Of a DNA stretch of 64,000 bases, positions 1 through 16,080 are shown piece by piece. Origin of the DNA: Methanonatronarchaeales archaeon (GTDB lineage Archaea; Halobacteriota; Methanonatronarchaeia; JAANXF01); contig JAANXF010000004.1 in assembly GCA_018263395.1 (NCBI GenBank), positions 3,840-67,839 on the forward strand. Direction: 5' to 3'. A program made the position numbers and the translations under genes. Every line of letters begins with the position of its first letter. Positions within the stretch are counted from its first letter, which is position 1. A model generated the notes under the pieces. That model worked only from the letters and a program-made list of their open reading frames with translations. It was not told the origin of the DNA and did not search any database.

Positions 1-1
1 C

Positions 2-214
2 GAGCGGTCGAGCCTCCTCGTCGTCCACCCCCCGGGCGACGACGGGATGTGTGGGTACCGCGTGGTCCTGCAGAGGGGCGGCCTCGTGGCGGTGGTCAGC
101 GTGAGGACGCAGTGTGCGTCGCTTACCGGAGGTTCCGGGGGCGTCAGGAGTTACGCGCTGGAGCTGGCCAGGAGGCAGGAGACCCTCCTCAGGGGTTACC
201 CCTCCGCGGCGTAG
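2..214 (+). CDS. 3' end of a hypothetical protein (partial, runs off window start)
   Basis: Open frame from base 2 to TAG at 212-214 (ERSSLLVVHPPGDDGMCGYRVVLQRGG...GYPSAA*) with GC-rich coding-like codon use; read manually, no family recognised. Confidence 0.4.
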   Translation, partial: ERSSLLVVHPPGDDGMCGYRVVLQRGGLVAVVSVRTQCASLTGGSGGVRSYALELARRQETLLRGYPSAA

Positions 215-246
215 GTGTCTCCCCCGGCGCGCTCAGGGCCGCCCCC

Positions 247-453
247 TCACTCCAGGTAACCGAGGTCCCTCAGCCGCTCGGCCACCTCCATCATCTCGGC
301 CTCGGTGAGGCGACCCCTCTCCTCGTAGCTCGCCGTGAGGCTTCTCAGCAGGAACTTGACCAGGTCGGAGACCCCGGTGAACGAGGTGTCCTCGAGGGTG
401 TCCTCGACCCGCTCCGCGAGTTCCCGGGGTATCGAGACCGTCGTGTACTCCAA
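247..453 (-). CDS. CopG/ribbon-helix-helix protein
   Basis: N-terminal YTTVSIPRELAERVE beta-strand + helix-helix pattern; resembles a small haloarchaeal RHH family ending LRDLGYLE. Confidence 0.8.
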   Translation of the reverse strand: MEYTTVSIPRELAERVEDTLEDTSFTGVSDLVKFLLRSLTASYEERGRLTEAEMMEVAERLRDLGYLE

Positions 454-480
454 GGCGCGGTTACGTACAATTACGCGGAT

Positions 481-1803
481 TTATACCTGACGGACGAGCG
501 AGGTCCCGTACACGTCCCCGGGCCGGAGGCCGAGGAGCTCCATCACGGTCGGGAAGACGTCCCACACCTCGGCGCCGCCGTCGAGCTCCGCTGTGGACAG
601 CAGGGAGGCGTCGTCCAGCGTGTGCATCCCCGTCCTCGGGCCCTCGCTGGTGAGCGGGCCCTCCCCGAAGGAGGCCTTGAGGTCGTATCCGTCCACCGGG
701 TGGGCCACGAGGTCGGGCCCCGATTCGACGCGGGGGCCCTCGTAGAGCTCCTCCCTGGTGTGGACGGAGTCTATGACGCTCTCGCCGGTTTCCGGGTCCT
801 CGAGCCCCTCGATGAACTCCGCCAGGTCGGACCGAACATCGAGGTAGTCCTCCCCGTCGACGGAGCCGCCCGGACGCCGGGACTTCAGGTCGACGTAGAC
901 CCTTCCCGGGGTGAGGCTGTAGGCGCTGCCGCTGACGCCCCTGAGGGAGTTATCCTCCTCCCTGGACCTGTTTTCGAGAAAGCCCTCGCTCTCGAGCCAC
1001 GCGTTGACGTCCACCTCCCTCTCGACCGAGGTGAACCCGTGGTCGCTCATGACGACGAGTTCCGTGTCCTCCGGTAGGAGGGACTCGACCTCGCCGATGA
1101 AGCTGTCGACCTTCCGGTACACGTCGAGGAAGTCCTCCAGGTACTCCCCCTCCTCGGCGTAGTCCCTCCAGTAGAAGTGGTTGAGCCGGTCCGTCTCCAT
1201 CACCACGCCGAAGAAGAGGTGCCACCCCCCGTCCCCTATGAGGTTTTTGAACGCCCTCAGCCGGGCGTCCAGGGTTTCGTGAATGTTTTTCATAAATCGG
1301 TCCCGTTCGCCGTGCAGCGACACGTCCGCGTCGACCCTGTAGTCCAGTTTTTTCAGCCTCTCGGCCGTGGCGGACGAGGTGCAGGCCGAGTCCACGTCCG
1401 GGGAGAGGAATCCGCTGACCAGGGTCCCCCTCGTCTCCCCGGGTGGGAACGTCACCGGCACGTTGAGCACGAGGGAGCTCCTGCCCTCCCTCCCCGCCGC
1501 GTCCCACAGCCGCTCACCGTGCACGTCGGTCGACAGGGGTACGTGTAGGCCGTCGCCGTCGTCGGTGCGCTCCTGGAACCCGTATACCCCGGTTCCCCCG
1601 GGGTTAAGCCCGGTCGTGGCGCAGGGCCAGCAGACGCTGCTGACGACGGGCAGGGCGGCCCGCATCCTGTCCGACGACCGCATCGCCAAGAGGTTCTCCA
1701 TCCAGCCCTCCTCCGTGCCCCTCTCCACGAGGCCGTACGGGACGCCGTCTATCCCTATCACCGCGACCCTTTTCCTGGAGCGAACTCTGTCGAGGAGACC
1801 CAT
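481..1803 (-). CDS. Alkaline phosphatase-superfamily (type I phosphodiesterase/nucleotide pyrophosphatase) protein
   Basis: VIGIDGVP metal-binding motif, nucleophile region VSSVCWPCATTG, DRLNH, VMSDHGF, terminal GMH. Confidence 0.85.
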   Translation of the reverse strand: MGLLDRVRSRKRVAVIGIDGVPYGLVERGTEEGWMENLLAMRSSDRMRAALPVVSSVCWPCATTGLNPGGTGVYGFQERTDDGDGLHVPLSTDVHGERLWDAAGREGRSSLVLNVPVTFPPGETRGTLVSGFLSPDVDSACTSSATAERLKKLDYRVDADVSLHGERDRFMKNIHETLDARLRAFKNLIGDGGWHLFFGVVMETDRLNHFYWRDYAEEGEYLEDFLDVYRKVDSFIGEVESLLPEDTELVVMSDHGFTSVEREVDVNAWLESEGFLENRSREEDNSLRGVSGSAYSLTPGRVYVDLKSRRPGGSVDGEDYLDVRSDLAEFIEGLEDPETGESVIDSVHTREELYEGPRVESGPDLVAHPVDGYDLKASFGEGPLTSEGPRTGMHTLDDASLLSTAELDGGAEVWDVFPTVMELLGLRPGDVYGTSLVRQV

Positions 1804-1893
1804 CTCAGGCTAGTCGCGGCGAGGGGTAAAAAGGGGTCCCAGTGGCGTCGAGCCCTCCGCATCCGGGAGGTCCCTCCCGGACCTCTCCCGGGG

Positions 1894-2205
1894 TCAGCCT
1901 TCCAGCACCAGCTCGATGTTTACGCCCCTGGGAACCTGAACCCGCATCAGGCCGCGCAGGGCGCGTTCGTCGCTCTCCATGTCGATGAGGCGCTTGTGTA
2001 TACGGAGCTCCCAGTGCTCCCACGTCGCCGTGCCCTCGCCGTCGGGGCTCTTCCGGATGGGGACCTCCAGTTTCTCAGTCGGCAGAGGGACGGGGGAGCC
2101 GATTTCTACGTCGGTGCGCTCCGCGATCCCCTCGATTTCGTCGTAGACCTTTTGCAGCTCCCCGGGTTCGGTGCCGGTCAGTGTTATCCGCGCATACCTC
2201 TCCAC
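1894..2205 (-). CDS. rpsJ: 30S ribosomal protein S10 (uS10)
   Basis: [33 protein letters not shown]; directly downstream of EF-1alpha. Confidence 0.97.
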   Translation of the reverse strand: MERYARITLTGTEPGELQKVYDEIEGIAERTDVEIGSPVPLPTEKLEVPIRKSPDGEGTATWEHWELRIHKRLIDMESDERALRGLMRVQVPRGVNIELVLEG

Positions 2206-2214
2206 TATATCCCT

Positions 2215-3480
2215 CTACTTCGGTTTTACGTCGATACACTGGCCCGCGGCCACCGTCTGACCCATGTCCCGTATCGCGAAGCGCCCAATCTGCGGGATCT
2301 CGTCCACCCTCTCTATGACCAGGGACCTCTGCGGCTTCACCTGGATCACCGCGGCGTCTCCGGTCTTCAGGAAGTCGGGGTTCTCCTCCTCCACTTCGCC
2401 GGTCCGGGGGTCCAGCTTCTGCTTCAGCTCGGTGATCGTGCAGGCGACCTGGGCCGTGTGGGCGTGGAACACCGGGGTGTACCCCGCGGTTATGGCGGAG
2501 GGGTGCTCGAGGACGATTATTCGGGCGGTGAACTCGTCCGCGACCGTGGGCGGGTCGTCGGCCGGTCCACAGACGTCGCCGCGCTTGATGTCGTCCTTTC
2601 CCACCCCGCGGACGTTGAAACCGATGTTGGCCCCGGGCCCCGCCTCCGGAACCTCCTCGTGGTGCATCTCGATCGTCTTGATTTCCCCGGAGGCGTCGGA
2701 CGGGTTGAACACCACCTTGTCCCCCGGCCTCGCGACCCCGGTCTCCACTCGACCGACCGGTACCGTTCCGATTCCGCTTATGGAGTAGACGTCCTGTATC
2801 GGGATCCTGAGAGGGAGCTCCGTGGGTTTCTCCGGTTCGTGGAGGGCGTCCATCTCGTCGAGCAGAGTGGGTCCGTCGTACCACGGGGTTTCGTCCGATT
2901 CCCCGGAGACATTTCCGCCCTGCAGGGCCGAAACGGGTACGTACTGCACCCGGTCCGGTTTGAAGCCGACCATCTTGAGGAGCTTGTCGACCTCCCCCTC
3001 GACCTCCTCGTATCTGGACTCGTCCCAGTCCACGAGGTCCATCTTGTTGACGGCGACTATGAGTTCCTCCACGCCCAGCGTCTTGGCCAGGAAGACGTGC
3101 TCCTTCGTCTGGGCCATTACGCCGTCCGGCGCGGCGACCACGAGAACGGCCGCGTCGGCCTGACTGGCCCCGGTTATCATGTTCTTCACGAAGTCCCGGT
3201 GACCCGGTGCGTCGATAATAGTGAAGTAGTAATTGTCCGTGGTAAACTCACGGTGAGCTATATCGATGGTTACGCCCCTCTCCCGCTCCTCCTTCAGGTT
3301 GTCCATAACCCACGCGAATTCGAAGGTGCCCTTCCCCTTCTCCTCCGCCTCTTCCCTGTACTGCTCTATTATGTGCTCCGGAACCGCTCCTGTCTCGTAG
3401 AGTAGTCTCCCCACGAGCGTGGACTTACCGTGATCGACGTGTCCTATGATTGCCAGGTTCATGTGCGGCTTGTCCGCCAT
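2215..3480 (-). CDS. tuf: Translation elongation factor EF-1alpha
   Basis: [30 protein letters not shown] GTPase motifs; 421 aa. Confidence 0.99.
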   Translation of the reverse strand: MADKPHMNLAIIGHVDHGKSTLVGRLLYETGAVPEHIIEQYREEAEEKGKGTFEFAWVMDNLKEERERGVTIDIAHREFTTDNYYFTIIDAPGHRDFVKNMITGASQADAAVLVVAAPDGVMAQTKEHVFLAKTLGVEELIVAVNKMDLVDWDESRYEEVEGEVDKLLKMVGFKPDRVQYVPVSALQGGNVSGESDETPWYDGPTLLDEMDALHEPEKPTELPLRIPIQDVYSISGIGTVPVGRVETGVARPGDKVVFNPSDASGEIKTIEMHHEEVPEAGPGANIGFNVRGVGKDDIKRGDVCGPADDPPTVADEFTARIIVLEHPSAITAGYTPVFHAHTAQVACTITELKQKLDPRTGEVEEENPDFLKTGDAAVIQVKPQRSLVIERVDEIPQIGRFAIRDMGQTVAAGQCIDVKPK

Positions 3481-3529
3481 TACAGATTCACCTCGCCCTT
3501 AATCGTTCAGACATATAATCAACTTTCGC

Positions 3530-6500
3530 CTATTCATAGAGCTTCAGGCCCTTCCTTTCCCGGATTTCCCTGACTATCTCGTCCTGCAGGTTGCCGGGCA
3601 GCTCGTCGAAGCCGGCGTGCTCCGTGGACCAGACGGCCCTGCCCTCCGTGGCACTCCTCAGGTCCCCTGCGAACCCGAACATCTCCGCGACGGGGGCCTT
3701 CGCCTCTATCTCCACGGTGTCGCCCTCCTGCTCCATGTCGAGAATGGTTCCACGTCGTCCCTGTACCTCCCTAGAGGCGCCCCCCATCACCTCCTGCGGC
3801 GACGTGATGAAGACGCGCTGAACAGGTTCGAGGAGGACCGGGTCCCCCCGCACTATGGCGCCCTTTACGGCGTCCCTGACGGCCGGGATGACCTGTGCGG
3901 GCCCCCTGTGTATGGCGTCCTCGTGCAGCTTCACGTCCTCGAGCCTTACGACGAGTCCCTGGCAGGGCTCGTCCGCCATTGGTCCGCCCTGCATCACCTC
4001 CTCGAAGCCCTCCTCGATCAGCTCCATGGTCTCCCGGAGGTACTGGACTCCCTTAGTGGCGTCGACCAGCAGGTTGGGTCCCTCCGCCATCTGGACGTCC
4101 GAGGCGTCGTCCTTCTCCATCCCGGCCTCCACGAGGGCGTCCCTCCTCTCCGTCTTCTGCATGTTCATGGAGATTTCGCCCTGACGCAGTCCCTCGACGA
4201 CGCCGTCCGGGAGCGGTTCGACGGTGAAGTAGAACCTGTTGTGCTTGTTCGGGGACTTGCCCTCGACTGTGGGGCTGCCATCACGGACCGTTTCGCGGTA
4301 GACCACGATCGGTTCGCTGGTAACGATGGGTACGCCCTTGTCCCGCTCTATCCTGTGACCTATGACTTCGAGGTGCAGCTCCCCCATCCCGCTGATGAGG
4401 TGTTCCCCCGTCTCCTCGTCGATCGTCACCTGGATGGTGGGGTCCTCCTTGCCCACCTGGCGCAGGACCTCCACCAGTTTGGGCAGGTCGTTCATCTTCT
4501 CGGCCTCGACCGCCACCGTTACGACGGGTTCCGCGAGGTGCTGGATGGATTCGAAGGGCGTGAAGTCCTCGACCTGCGTAACGGTTGAGCCCGCGATCGC
4601 CTCCCAGAGACCGGTCGCGGCGGCTATGTTTCCGGCCGGGACCTCGTCCACGTTGATCCTCTCCGCCCCCATGAAGATGCCAACGTTCTGCAGGCGGTGC
4701 TTCCCGGCCACGTCGCTGATGAAGACGTTGTCGCCCTGCCGAAGCGTTCCGCCGAACAGCCTCCCGGCAGCGACCTCCCCGGCGTGCGGGTCGACGCTTA
4801 TGTCGGTTACCATGAAGGCGAGTGGGCCGCCGGGGTCGCACTCCATCATGGCCCTGCCCGCCTCCGACTCCGTGTCTCCGCACCAGATGGTCGGGACCCT
4901 GTACCTCTGGGCCCGGTTCGGGTTGGGGAGGTGCCTGATAACCATGTTCAGCACGACGCGGTGGAGAGGGGCCTTCTCGTAAAGCTCCCTGTGCTCCTGC
5001 TCCGATGCGTGGTCGATTATGTCCTCGAAGGTGATTCCGGACCTCTCCATATGGGGCACGGACAGGGCCCAGTTGTAGAGCGCGCTTCCGAACGCGACGG
5101 AGCCGTCCTGGACGCTCACACTCCACTTCTCGGCCAGTCCCTCGTTCTCTATCTGGCCCTCGATGTACCTGTTGACCTCCCCGATTACGTCCACGAACTT
5201 CTGCTGCATCTCCCCTGGACCCAGCTTCAGCTCGTTTATGAGGCGGTCGATCTTGTTTATGAAGAGCGTGGGCTTCACGTTCTCGCGAAGGGCCTGGCGG
5301 AGCACCTGCTCCGTCTGCGGCATCACCCCCTCGACGGCGTCCACGACCACCACGCCGCCGTCGACTGCACGCATCGCCCTGGTCACGTCCCCGCCGAAGT
5401 CGACGTGGCCCGGCGTGTCTATCAGGTTGATCAGGAAGCTGTCGTCGTCGAACTCGTGGACCATGGAGACGTTCGCGGCGTCTATGGTTATTCCGCGCTC
5501 CTGCTCCTCCTCGTCGAAGTCCATGAACAGCTGCTGCCCCGCCAGCTCCTCGCTTATCATGCCGGCTCCGGCGAGCAGGTTGTCCGTCAGAGTGGTGTTG
5601 TGGACAATGATTCCTTCGCAGACGAAGTTGCGGTGCTCCTCCACTCCGAAGTCGTAGACGTGGTCCCTATCCTCGGTATCGACCGAAACGACCTCGACGA
5701 AAGAGGTATCACCTTTGGCCAGGTTTCTGAGGCGCGAAATCCTCTGTCGAGCGGAGTTTTCAGAGTCGAGGGACTCGAATCTCTCGGTTATTCGGCGGAG
5801 CGAGTTCTTGGAGAGGCCGACTTCTCCGTTCTCGTAGTTGGAGTAGGAGGGGGTCAGGTCGCTCTGAGCCGCTCCAACGTCCTGCCTGATTCCTCTCAGC
5901 GTTTCTCCGGATATTGGTACACTGTCCACTTTCGCCGGAGCAGCCCTGGAGAGAAGCTCTTCGTACTTTTCCAGTTTCTCCGTGAGCGAGAACCCTATGT
6001 CCCGATAGTTCTCCAGGGATAGCTCCCCTAAAACGTACAGGGTGGAGTTCTCTCTGTTGAGCTTGGACGCAACGTCGAACCTGTAGAGAAGGAGCTGGAG
6101 GGAGTCCAGCATCCCCGTGCTTTTCGACGAAACGGATACGGCGGACCTCGATTCCTCGACGCCTCCGTCGGCGTCCATGTACCCCCTTACGAAGGAGGCT
6201 GCGAGCCTGTCAGAGGAGACGTACACGATTTTCGGTACATCGATGCTTCCCGACTTATCCTTCTCTGGATAGGCAAAACCGTTCTGCAATACTTTTAGCA
6301 GGGTTTTTCCTCCGAGCTCCACCCTGTCTCCCCGGTCCTCGAACTCCCTCACCGTCGTGTCGAACCCGAGGGATTTAGCCTTCTCCTCTAGGAGGGCTTT
6401 CATTTCTCCCGAGTTGCTGGTCACGTTCCCCTCCAGGTCGCCGTCGCCGAAGTATACGCCTGCGAGGTAGAACAGGGGTTCGAGGTCCTCCGGTAGCTCC

Positions 6501-7288
6501 ATGTCGAGTGACGACTTGGAGCCCCTCGACTCGGCTCCCCGGTAGTTCATCCGCCCTATGTTCGAATGAAGTTCTTCGAGAGGGATATCGAGTCCCTTGC
6601 AGACGTTCACCGCGTCCCGGAGACGAAACCCTCCTCTCCAGACCGCGTGCTTGAATGACCCTTCCTTCAGTTCGCTGCCGGATATCTCGTACAGCTCTTC
6701 CCTCGGATACTCCTTTAGCTTCGAGGAGAGCGGTTCCTCTAGTTCTACGTAGAATCCGTAATCCTTCGAGAGTTCTTCGAGCAGGATGGCCTCCACGGAG
6801 TCGGAAGCTCGGCAGGGCACTCTCCTCGCACCGACGATTACATCTCCCTCACCCAGAGAGTCCGCCCGCTCGAACTCCATGACTCCGTCGTCGCTGAGGG
6901 TTAGGTACCTGTGCTCCGGAGTCGTTTCCAGGACGCGCCCGTTGGACGTCTCTACCTTCACCAGGGGCTCGTCGGCCTCCAGTCTACAGGCGTGTGTAAC
7001 CTTTCCCTCGACAGTTTCTCCCTCCCCCCTGTCGAGCGAAGCGGCGTAAACGTCAAACCCGGGGCGGAAGGCCTTTCCCTCCCTGTACTCGAACGCCTCA
7101 CCTCCGGATCTTATCCTTTCGTAGAGGTCTTCCGCTTTCAGTACGCTACCGTCCGCCAGAGATACTCTGGCATCTCCACTGACACACTTGCCGTGGTCGA
7201 TGTGGGCTACGATTCCTATGTTCCGTATGTGGGACGGCCTGTCCATGAGGGCCTTTACCCTCTCGGCCATCCTGCTTCTCCTGCCCAT
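3530..7288 (-). CDS. fusA: Translation elongation factor EF-2 precursor containing an intein (1252 aa; ~722 aa after splicing)
   Basis: AHIDHGK|TT P-loop split by insertion; [18 protein letters not shown]; diphthamide loop LHEDAIHRG intact. Confidence 0.98.
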   Translation of the reverse strand: MGRRSRMAERVKALMDRPSHIRNIGIVAHIDHGKCVSGDARVSLADGSVLKAEDLYERIRSGGEAFEYREGKAFRPGFDVYAASLDRGEGETVEGKVTHACRLEADEPLVKVETSNGRVLETTPEHRYLTLSDDGVMEFERADSLGEGDVIVGARRVPCRASDSVEAILLEELSKDYGFYVELEEPLSSKLKEYPREELYEISGSELKEGSFKHAVWRGGFRLRDAVNVCKGLDIPLEELHSNIGRMNYRGAESRGSKSSLDMELPEDLEPLFYLAGVYFGDGDLEGNVTSNSGEMKALLEEKAKSLGFDTTVREFEDRGDRVELGGKTLLKVLQNGFAYPEKDKSGSIDVPKIVYVSSDRLAASFVRGYMDADGGVEESRSAVSVSSKSTGMLDSLQLLLYRFDVASKLNRENSTLYVLGELSLENYRDIGFSLTEKLEKYEELLSRAAPAKVDSVPISGETLRGIRQDVGAAQSDLTPSYSNYENGEVGLSKNSLRRITERFESLDSENSARQRISRLRNLAKGDTSFVEVVSVDTEDRDHVYDFGVEEHRNFVCEGIIVHNTTLTDNLLAGAGMISEELAGQQLFMDFDEEEQERGITIDAANVSMVHEFDDDSFLINLIDTPGHVDFGGDVTRAMRAVDGGVVVVDAVEGVMPQTEQVLRQALRENVKPTLFINKIDRLINELKLGPGEMQQKFVDVIGEVNRYIEGQIENEGLAEKWSVSVQDGSVAFGSALYNWALSVPHMERSGITFEDIIDHASEQEHRELYEKAPLHRVVLNMVIRHLPNPNRAQRYRVPTIWCGDTESEAGRAMMECDPGGPLAFMVTDISVDPHAGEVAAGRLFGGTLRQGDNVFISDVAGKHRLQNVGIFMGAERINVDEVPAGNIAAATGLWEAIAGSTVTQVEDFTPFESIQHLAEPVVTVAVEAEKMNDLPKLVEVLRQVGKEDPTIQVTIDEETGEHLISGMGELHLEVIGHRIERDKGVPIVTSEPIVVYRETVRDGSPTVEGKSPNKHNRFYFTVEPLPDGVVEGLRQGEISMNMQKTERRDALVEAGMEKDDASDVQMAEGPNLLVDATKGVQYLRETMELIEEGFEEVMQGGPMADEPCQGLVVRLEDVKLHEDAIHRGPAQVIPAVRDAVKGAIVRGDPVLLEPVQRVFITSPQEVMGGASREVQGRRGTILDMEQEGDTVEIEAKAPVAEMFGFAGDLRSATEGRAVWSTEHAGFDELPGNLQDEIVREIRERKGLKLYE
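5597..7186 (-). mobile_element. Intein with LAGLIDADG homing endonuclease (530 aa) in EF-2
   Basis: Starts Cys (K|[13 protein letters not shown]), block B TTPEH, endonuclease motifs [10 protein letters not shown] and [10 protein letters not shown], ends [21 protein letters not shown] followed by +1 Thr; removal restores DHGKTTLTD. Confidence 0.96.
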
Positions 7289-7291
7289 TCC

Positions 7292-7852
7292 CTACCTCGC
7301 CGCCGAGGCTACCCGCTCCGTCTCCTCCTTCTTCTTGACGGCGTAGCTCTCCATGTCGTAGTCGCTGGCCCTCGCAACCTCATCCGCCATTGCCTCGGAT
7401 ACGCCCTCCCCGCTCTTGTGGGACCTGCTGTAGACCGCTTCGGCCAGGTGCTTCAGCGCCGTGTTGACCCTCCTCTGGGGCGAGGCGTCGACGGGCTTCT
7501 GCACCGCTATCCCCCCGTACTTCAGCCTGACCGTCTCCTCGCGGGGACCGGAGTTCTCGACCGCCTGGACGAACACCTGCACCGGGTTCTCCCCGGTACT
7601 CTCCGCTATCCGGTCGAAGGCGTCCTCTACGGCCCTGAACATCTTGGCCTTCTTGCCGGTGTTCCTGCCTCCGCGCATCAGTTTGTTGACGAAGCGCTCC
7701 ACGACCGGGACCTCGTCCCTGAACCGCTCGTTCGAGGGGGCGCTTCCGCTGGGGGCCCTGACGGCGTCGACGTTTATGTATCGCGCCATCCCCCGGTCCC
7801 TGAACTCTACCCCGGACGTGTCCCACTTGGCAAAGACCTTCAGCTCGCTCAT
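7292..7852 (-). CDS. rpsG: 30S ribosomal protein S7 (uS7)
   Basis: VERFVNKLM, ENSGPREET, VDASPQRRV, KKEETERVA; between S12 and EF-2. Confidence 0.96.
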   Translation of the reverse strand: MSELKVFAKWDTSGVEFRDRGMARYINVDAVRAPSGSAPSNERFRDEVPVVERFVNKLMRGGRNTGKKAKMFRAVEDAFDRIAESTGENPVQVFVQAVENSGPREETVRLKYGGIAVQKPVDASPQRRVNTALKHLAEAVYSRSHKSGEGVSEAMADEVARASDYDMESYAVKKKEETERVASAAR

Positions 7853-7856
7853 CCCT

Positions 7857-8285
7857 CTACCTCATCGGTTTCTCTACGTTTCCCCTCACCAGCTCCTCGA
7901 GGGAAACCCCGTTTACGTGAATGACCTTGAAACGAACGCCCGGGATGTCACCCATCGAACGCCCCATCCTTCCGCCGATTCTCTCTATCAGCACCTCGTC
8001 GTGCTCGTCGATTACCCCTATCGCGCCGTCCCCGGGGCAGAACGCCGTGACCTGCCGACCGTTCTTGATGAGCTGGACCCTGACGCACTTCCTTATCGCG
8101 GAGTTGGGCTGCTTGGCCTCTATCCCCACCTTCTCCAGTACTATCCCGCGGCCCTGGGGACTCCCCTCCAGCGGGTCCGCCTTCTCGTCCAGGCGGAGCA
8201 TCCTCCTCTGGTAGCCGGTGTCGCTCCACCTGTGCTTCTGCCTGTCCTTCTTTAGCTTTCTAGCCGCAAACTTGCCCTTGCCCAT
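7857..8285 (-). CDS. rpsL: 30S ribosomal protein S12 (uS12)
   Basis: [29 protein letters not shown]. Confidence 0.99.
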   Translation of the reverse strand: MGKGKFAARKLKKDRQKHRWSDTGYQRRMLRLDEKADPLEGSPQGRGIVLEKVGIEAKQPNSAIRKCVRVQLIKNGRQVTAFCPGDGAIGVIDEHDEVLIERIGGRMGRSMGDIPGVRFKVIHVNGVSLEELVRGNVEKPMR

Positions 8286-8334
8286 CGTTTCTCCTGTGGA
8301 GATGTGTGGCCCCCGGAAAGGAAGGCACCCCTCT

Positions 8335-12439
<4,105 letters not shown>

Positions 12440-12440
12440 T

Positions 12441-14258
12441 TTAGAAGGGGTCCTCCACGCTCAGCCGGGGCGCCACGAGCATGCTCTTCATCTCGTCGAG
12501 CAGTATCTTGAAGGCGTAACTCATCTCCACGGCGTGAATGGGCGAGTTCTCACCGCACACCGTGCAGTACTCCACGTCCCGCTTCTTGTCGTACACGGCG
12601 ATGTTTCCGCAGTCGGCGCACACCAGTTCCGTGACCTTGTCGCTCTCCTCGAGGAGGCGCTCCTGCAGCGCCATGGCGGCGCCGTGCGCCACGATGACAT
12701 CGCGCTCCATCTCGCCGAACCGCAGACCTCCCTCCCTGGCGCGGCCCTCCGTGGGCTGCCGGGTGAGGACCTGAACCGGTCCACGGCTCCTCGCGTGCAT
12801 CTTGCCGCTGACCATGTGGTACAGCTTCTGGTAGTATATGGCTCCGGTGTAGATATCGGCGGAAAGTTTCTTTCCGGTTCGCCCGTCGTACATGGTTTCC
12901 TTACCCGACGGATCGAAACCGTGCTCCCCGAGCTGGTCCCTGAGTTCGTACTCCTCTTCGCCTTCGAAAGCGGTGCCGTCCACCCGCTCACCTCGAAGGG
13001 ACGCGACCTTTCCGCCCACCATCTCCAGGATGTGGCCGACGGTCATCCTCGAGGGAATGGCGTGGGGGTTCACTATCAGGTCGGGGGTCACGCCGTCCTC
13101 GGTAACCGGCATGTCCTCCTGCGGAACTATCATCCCGATTACGCCCTTCTGGCCGTGCCTTGACGCGAGCTTGTCCCCGAGCTCCGGGAGCCGCAGGTCC
13201 CGTACCTTCACCTTCGCCATCCGCTGACCCTCGTCGGTAACGGTGAGCGTCACGGAGTCCACCGCGCCCCTCTCGTTGTTTCGCATCGTTTCGGACGTCT
13301 CCTTCCTGCGCTGAGGGGTGAGGCCCAGCTCTCCGGTGGGTTCGTCGAGGAACCTCGGGGGCGAAGTCCTGCCGATCAGCACCTCTCCCCCGTCCACCTC
13401 CGTCTCGGGGTTGACGAGACCGTCGTCGTCCAGGTGTGCGTAGTCCTCGGAGCCGCGAGCACCCCTCACGTCCGTGCTCGGTATCTCGAACCTGTCCTCC
13501 TGCCCGCCCGGGTACCTAGACTCCTCGGCATCGTACACCCTGAAGAAGAAGGAGCGTCCTATCCCCCTCTCCAGCGACGCCCTGTTCACTATCAGGGCGT
13601 CCTCGATGTTGTACCCGTCGTAGCTCAGGACCGCCACCACGAAGTTCTCGCCTCCGGGCCTGCTGTCGAAGTTGACGTTGTCGAGGACCCTCGTGGTGAC
13701 CAGCGGCCTCTGAGGATAGTGAAGGAAGTGTCCCCTCGTATCGGGCCTTATACGGTAGTTGGACTGTGGAAAGCCCAGGGCCTGCTTGACCATGCCGGCC
13801 CCCATCGTGTTACGGGGAGACGAGTTGTGCTCCGGGTAGGGTACGGCGGAAGTCGAGAGGCTCAGAATCAGCGACGGGTCGACCTCCAGGTGGGTGTGTC
13901 TCTCGGAGACCTCCTCCGGGTCGACCGCGATGTAGCATCCCTCCTCCTCCTGGGCGTCTATGTACTCGACCACGCCACGGTCCTCCAGGTCCTCCCACGT
14001 CAGCTCGCCGTCGGCGAGCTTCTCTGCGTGCTCCTCGTCGAGCAGGGGCTCCCCGTCCTCGACGACCAGCAGGGGCCTCCTCACCCTGCCGCCGTCGCTG
14101 TACACCATGACCTGACGGGACTCCTCGTCGTAGTGGACGTTGACCTCTCCCGGGAACGCGTTGCTGCGCCTCCTCTCCCTCACGGCCTCCACGAGTTCCT
14201 CCGGGTCCCCGTGGGTACCCACGTGTGAGCCGTTGAGGTACACGTCGACGACCATCAC
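12441..14258 (-). CDS. rpoB1: RNA polymerase subunit B' (Rpo2C)
   Basis: [34 protein letters not shown]-terminal CxxC..CxxC. Confidence 0.98.
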   Translation of the reverse strand: MMVVDVYLNGSHVGTHGDPEELVEAVRERRRSNAFPGEVNVHYDEESRQVMVYSDGGRVRRPLLVVEDGEPLLDEEHAEKLADGELTWEDLEDRGVVEYIDAQEEEGCYIAVDPEEVSERHTHLEVDPSLILSLSTSAVPYPEHNSSPRNTMGAGMVKQALGFPQSNYRIRPDTRGHFLHYPQRPLVTTRVLDNVNFDSRPGGENFVVAVLSYDGYNIEDALIVNRASLERGIGRSFFFRVYDAEESRYPGGQEDRFEIPSTDVRGARGSEDYAHLDDDGLVNPETEVDGGEVLIGRTSPPRFLDEPTGELGLTPQRRKETSETMRNNERGAVDSVTLTVTDEGQRMAKVKVRDLRLPELGDKLASRHGQKGVIGMIVPQEDMPVTEDGVTPDLIVNPHAIPSRMTVGHILEMVGGKVASLRGERVDGTAFEGEEEYELRDQLGEHGFDPSGKETMYDGRTGKKLSADIYTGAIYYQKLYHMVSGKMHARSRGPVQVLTRQPTEGRAREGGLRFGEMERDVIVAHGAAMALQERLLEESDKVTELVCADCGNIAVYDKKRDVEYCTVCGENSPIHAVEMSYAFKILLDEMKSMLVAPRLSVEDPF

Positions 14259-15781
14259 GCGCCCCTCCCCTTGGGGTTTACGCCCAGCTCGAAGAGGTCC
14301 ATGTCCACCGGGTCCCTCCCCCTGGTGACGTCCGCCATCATCGCGAAGTTCTTGACCAGTCCACAGTTCGGCCCCTCAGGGGTCTCGCTGGGACAGATCC
14401 GCCCCCAGTGGGTCGCGTGGAGGTCACGGGCCTCGAAGTGCGGCTGGCTCCTCGAAAGGGGTGAGACCACGCGCCTGGTGTGGGTCAGTGTCGCCATGTG
14501 GTCCGTGCGATCGAGCAGCTGCGCGACGCCGCTCCTGCCTCCGGGCCAGTTGCCCGTCGCCATTGCGCTCCTCAGCCGCTGGCTTAGCACGTCGGGACGC
14601 ACGGCCGTCTTCACGTTGAGGTCTCTGTTCCTCGTATTCGCCCTCTCGAGCTGGTACTTCACGTCCCTGCAGATGCGGAAAAACGCGACCCTGAACAGCT
14701 GCTCCATCAGGTCGCCGCTCAGGTTCACTCGCTTGTTTGCGTAGTGGTCCTTGTCGTCCTCCTGCCTCTTGCCCGCTGCCATCGCCAGGCAGGCCTCCGC
14801 CATTCGCCCCAGGTACCTCGCCTTCTGGACCCTGTCCTCCTCGTCGTTGCCGAGGTGGGGTAGCAGGTGCCTGTCGATTACGTACTGCGCCCTCTTCGAC
14901 TGGAACTCGGCAGCCTGGCCGGCCGCTATCTTTTTTCCGACCTTCCCGAACGCCTCACCCTCAGTCAGGGACTCGGCGACCTCCAGGTTCTCCAAAACGT
15001 AACTTCTCAGATCCGAGTCGTCGGTTATGGCCTGCATGAGCTCCTCGTCGCTCGGAATCCCGAGGGCCCGCATCATGTCCAGCAGGTTGATTCTTCCCGA
15101 GATGCTGGGGAAGCTGACCTCGAGGATACCCTTCCTGTTTCTCTCGACCACGACCAGGGCCCGGTAGCCCTGTCGCTGGGAGAACACCTTTGCGACCTCT
15201 ATAGGCGTGCCGTAGCGGTCGCCCCGCTCCGTCATTATCTGGTTGGGGGCGAGGTCCTCGACGGTTACCAGGATCCGTTCGCTTCCGTTTACTATGAAGT
15301 AGCCGCCGGGGTCCATCGGGTCCTCCCCGGCCTCCCTGAGCTCGTCGTCACTCAGACCGTAAAGGTTGCACGCCCTGCTCTTCAGCATGACGGGGACCTG
15401 ACCCACCTCGACCTCCCTTATCTCCCGCTCCCCGTCGGCGTCGACCTCCGCCATCTCGAGGTATATCGGTGCGGCGTACGTCAGGCCCCTGATGCGCGCC
15501 TCCATGGGGAAAAGCGGCGAGGTGGAGCCATCGGCCTCCTTCACCACCGGGTCCCCGACCCGTATCCTCCCCAGCCTGACGTAGAACTCCTCCCGCTCAT
15601 CCTCTTCCTCTTCCTCTTCTTCCTCGGGTTCCTCGCCGACCCGGATATCGGTCTCCACGACCTCCTGGGAATCGACTATCGCCTGCAGCTTGTTCTCCAG
15701 AAAGTCGTCGTACGAGTCTATGTGGTGACGTACGGGGTCGTTGCTCTCGAGGAACGCCTCGGAAATGAGCTCTCTATCCAT
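14255..15781 (-). CDS. rpoB2: RNA polymerase subunit B'' (Rpo2N)
   Basis: [47 protein letters not shown]. Confidence 0.98.
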   Translation of the reverse strand: MDRELISEAFLESNDPVRHHIDSYDDFLENKLQAIVDSQEVVETDIRVGEEPEEEEEEEEDEREEFYVRLGRIRVGDPVVKEADGSTSPLFPMEARIRGLTYAAPIYLEMAEVDADGEREIREVEVGQVPVMLKSRACNLYGLSDDELREAGEDPMDPGGYFIVNGSERILVTVEDLAPNQIMTERGDRYGTPIEVAKVFSQRQGYRALVVVERNRKGILEVSFPSISGRINLLDMMRALGIPSDEELMQAITDDSDLRSYVLENLEVAESLTEGEAFGKVGKKIAAGQAAEFQSKRAQYVIDRHLLPHLGNDEEDRVQKARYLGRMAEACLAMAAGKRQEDDKDHYANKRVNLSGDLMEQLFRVAFFRICRDVKYQLERANTRNRDLNVKTAVRPDVLSQRLRSAMATGNWPGGRSGVAQLLDRTDHMATLTHTRRVVSPLSRSQPHFEARDLHATHWGRICPSETPEGPNCGLVKNFAMMADVTRGRDPVDMDLFELGVNPKGRGA

Positions 15782-15804
15782 TTATACACCGCCTCTCAAC
15801 ACGT

Positions 15805-16047
15805 CTATCTCTCGATTACCAGGCGATAGGAGACTGCGACCCCCGCCGTAGGGCTTTTGCGAACCACGCGAAGTACGTCTCCGGGCTCCGTCTCCATCTC
15901 CTTTGCCACGGGGTCGTTGACGAGGATTTTCGGCAGCTGCCTCACGTCTATCTCGTAAGTTTCGAGCAGCTCCTCGACCTTCTCCCCGGGGATCACCTCG
16001 TGCTCGGGGACCATGTCGTGCCTCGACACCTCGTAATTCTTACCCAT
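15805..16047 (-). CDS. rpoH: RNA polymerase subunit H (Rpo5)
   Basis: HDMVPEHEV, QLPKILVNDPV, RKSPTAG; first gene of the RNAP operon. Confidence 0.97.
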   Translation of the reverse strand: MGKNYEVSRHDMVPEHEVIPGEKVEELLETYEIDVRQLPKILVNDPVAKEMETEPGDVLRVVRKSPTAGVAVSYRLVIER

Positions 16048-16080
16048 AGAGAAAACTCCCCCAATCCTGCAGAGGCGCAG

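Noticed and set aside
1863-1880. CCGGGAG-GTCC-CTCCCGG hairpin after rpsJ
   Set aside because: A short GC stem is expected by chance or as an ordinary terminator; no further support.
3901-3933. Possible loss of the EF-2 diphthamide site
   Set aside because: LHEDAIHRG is canonical.
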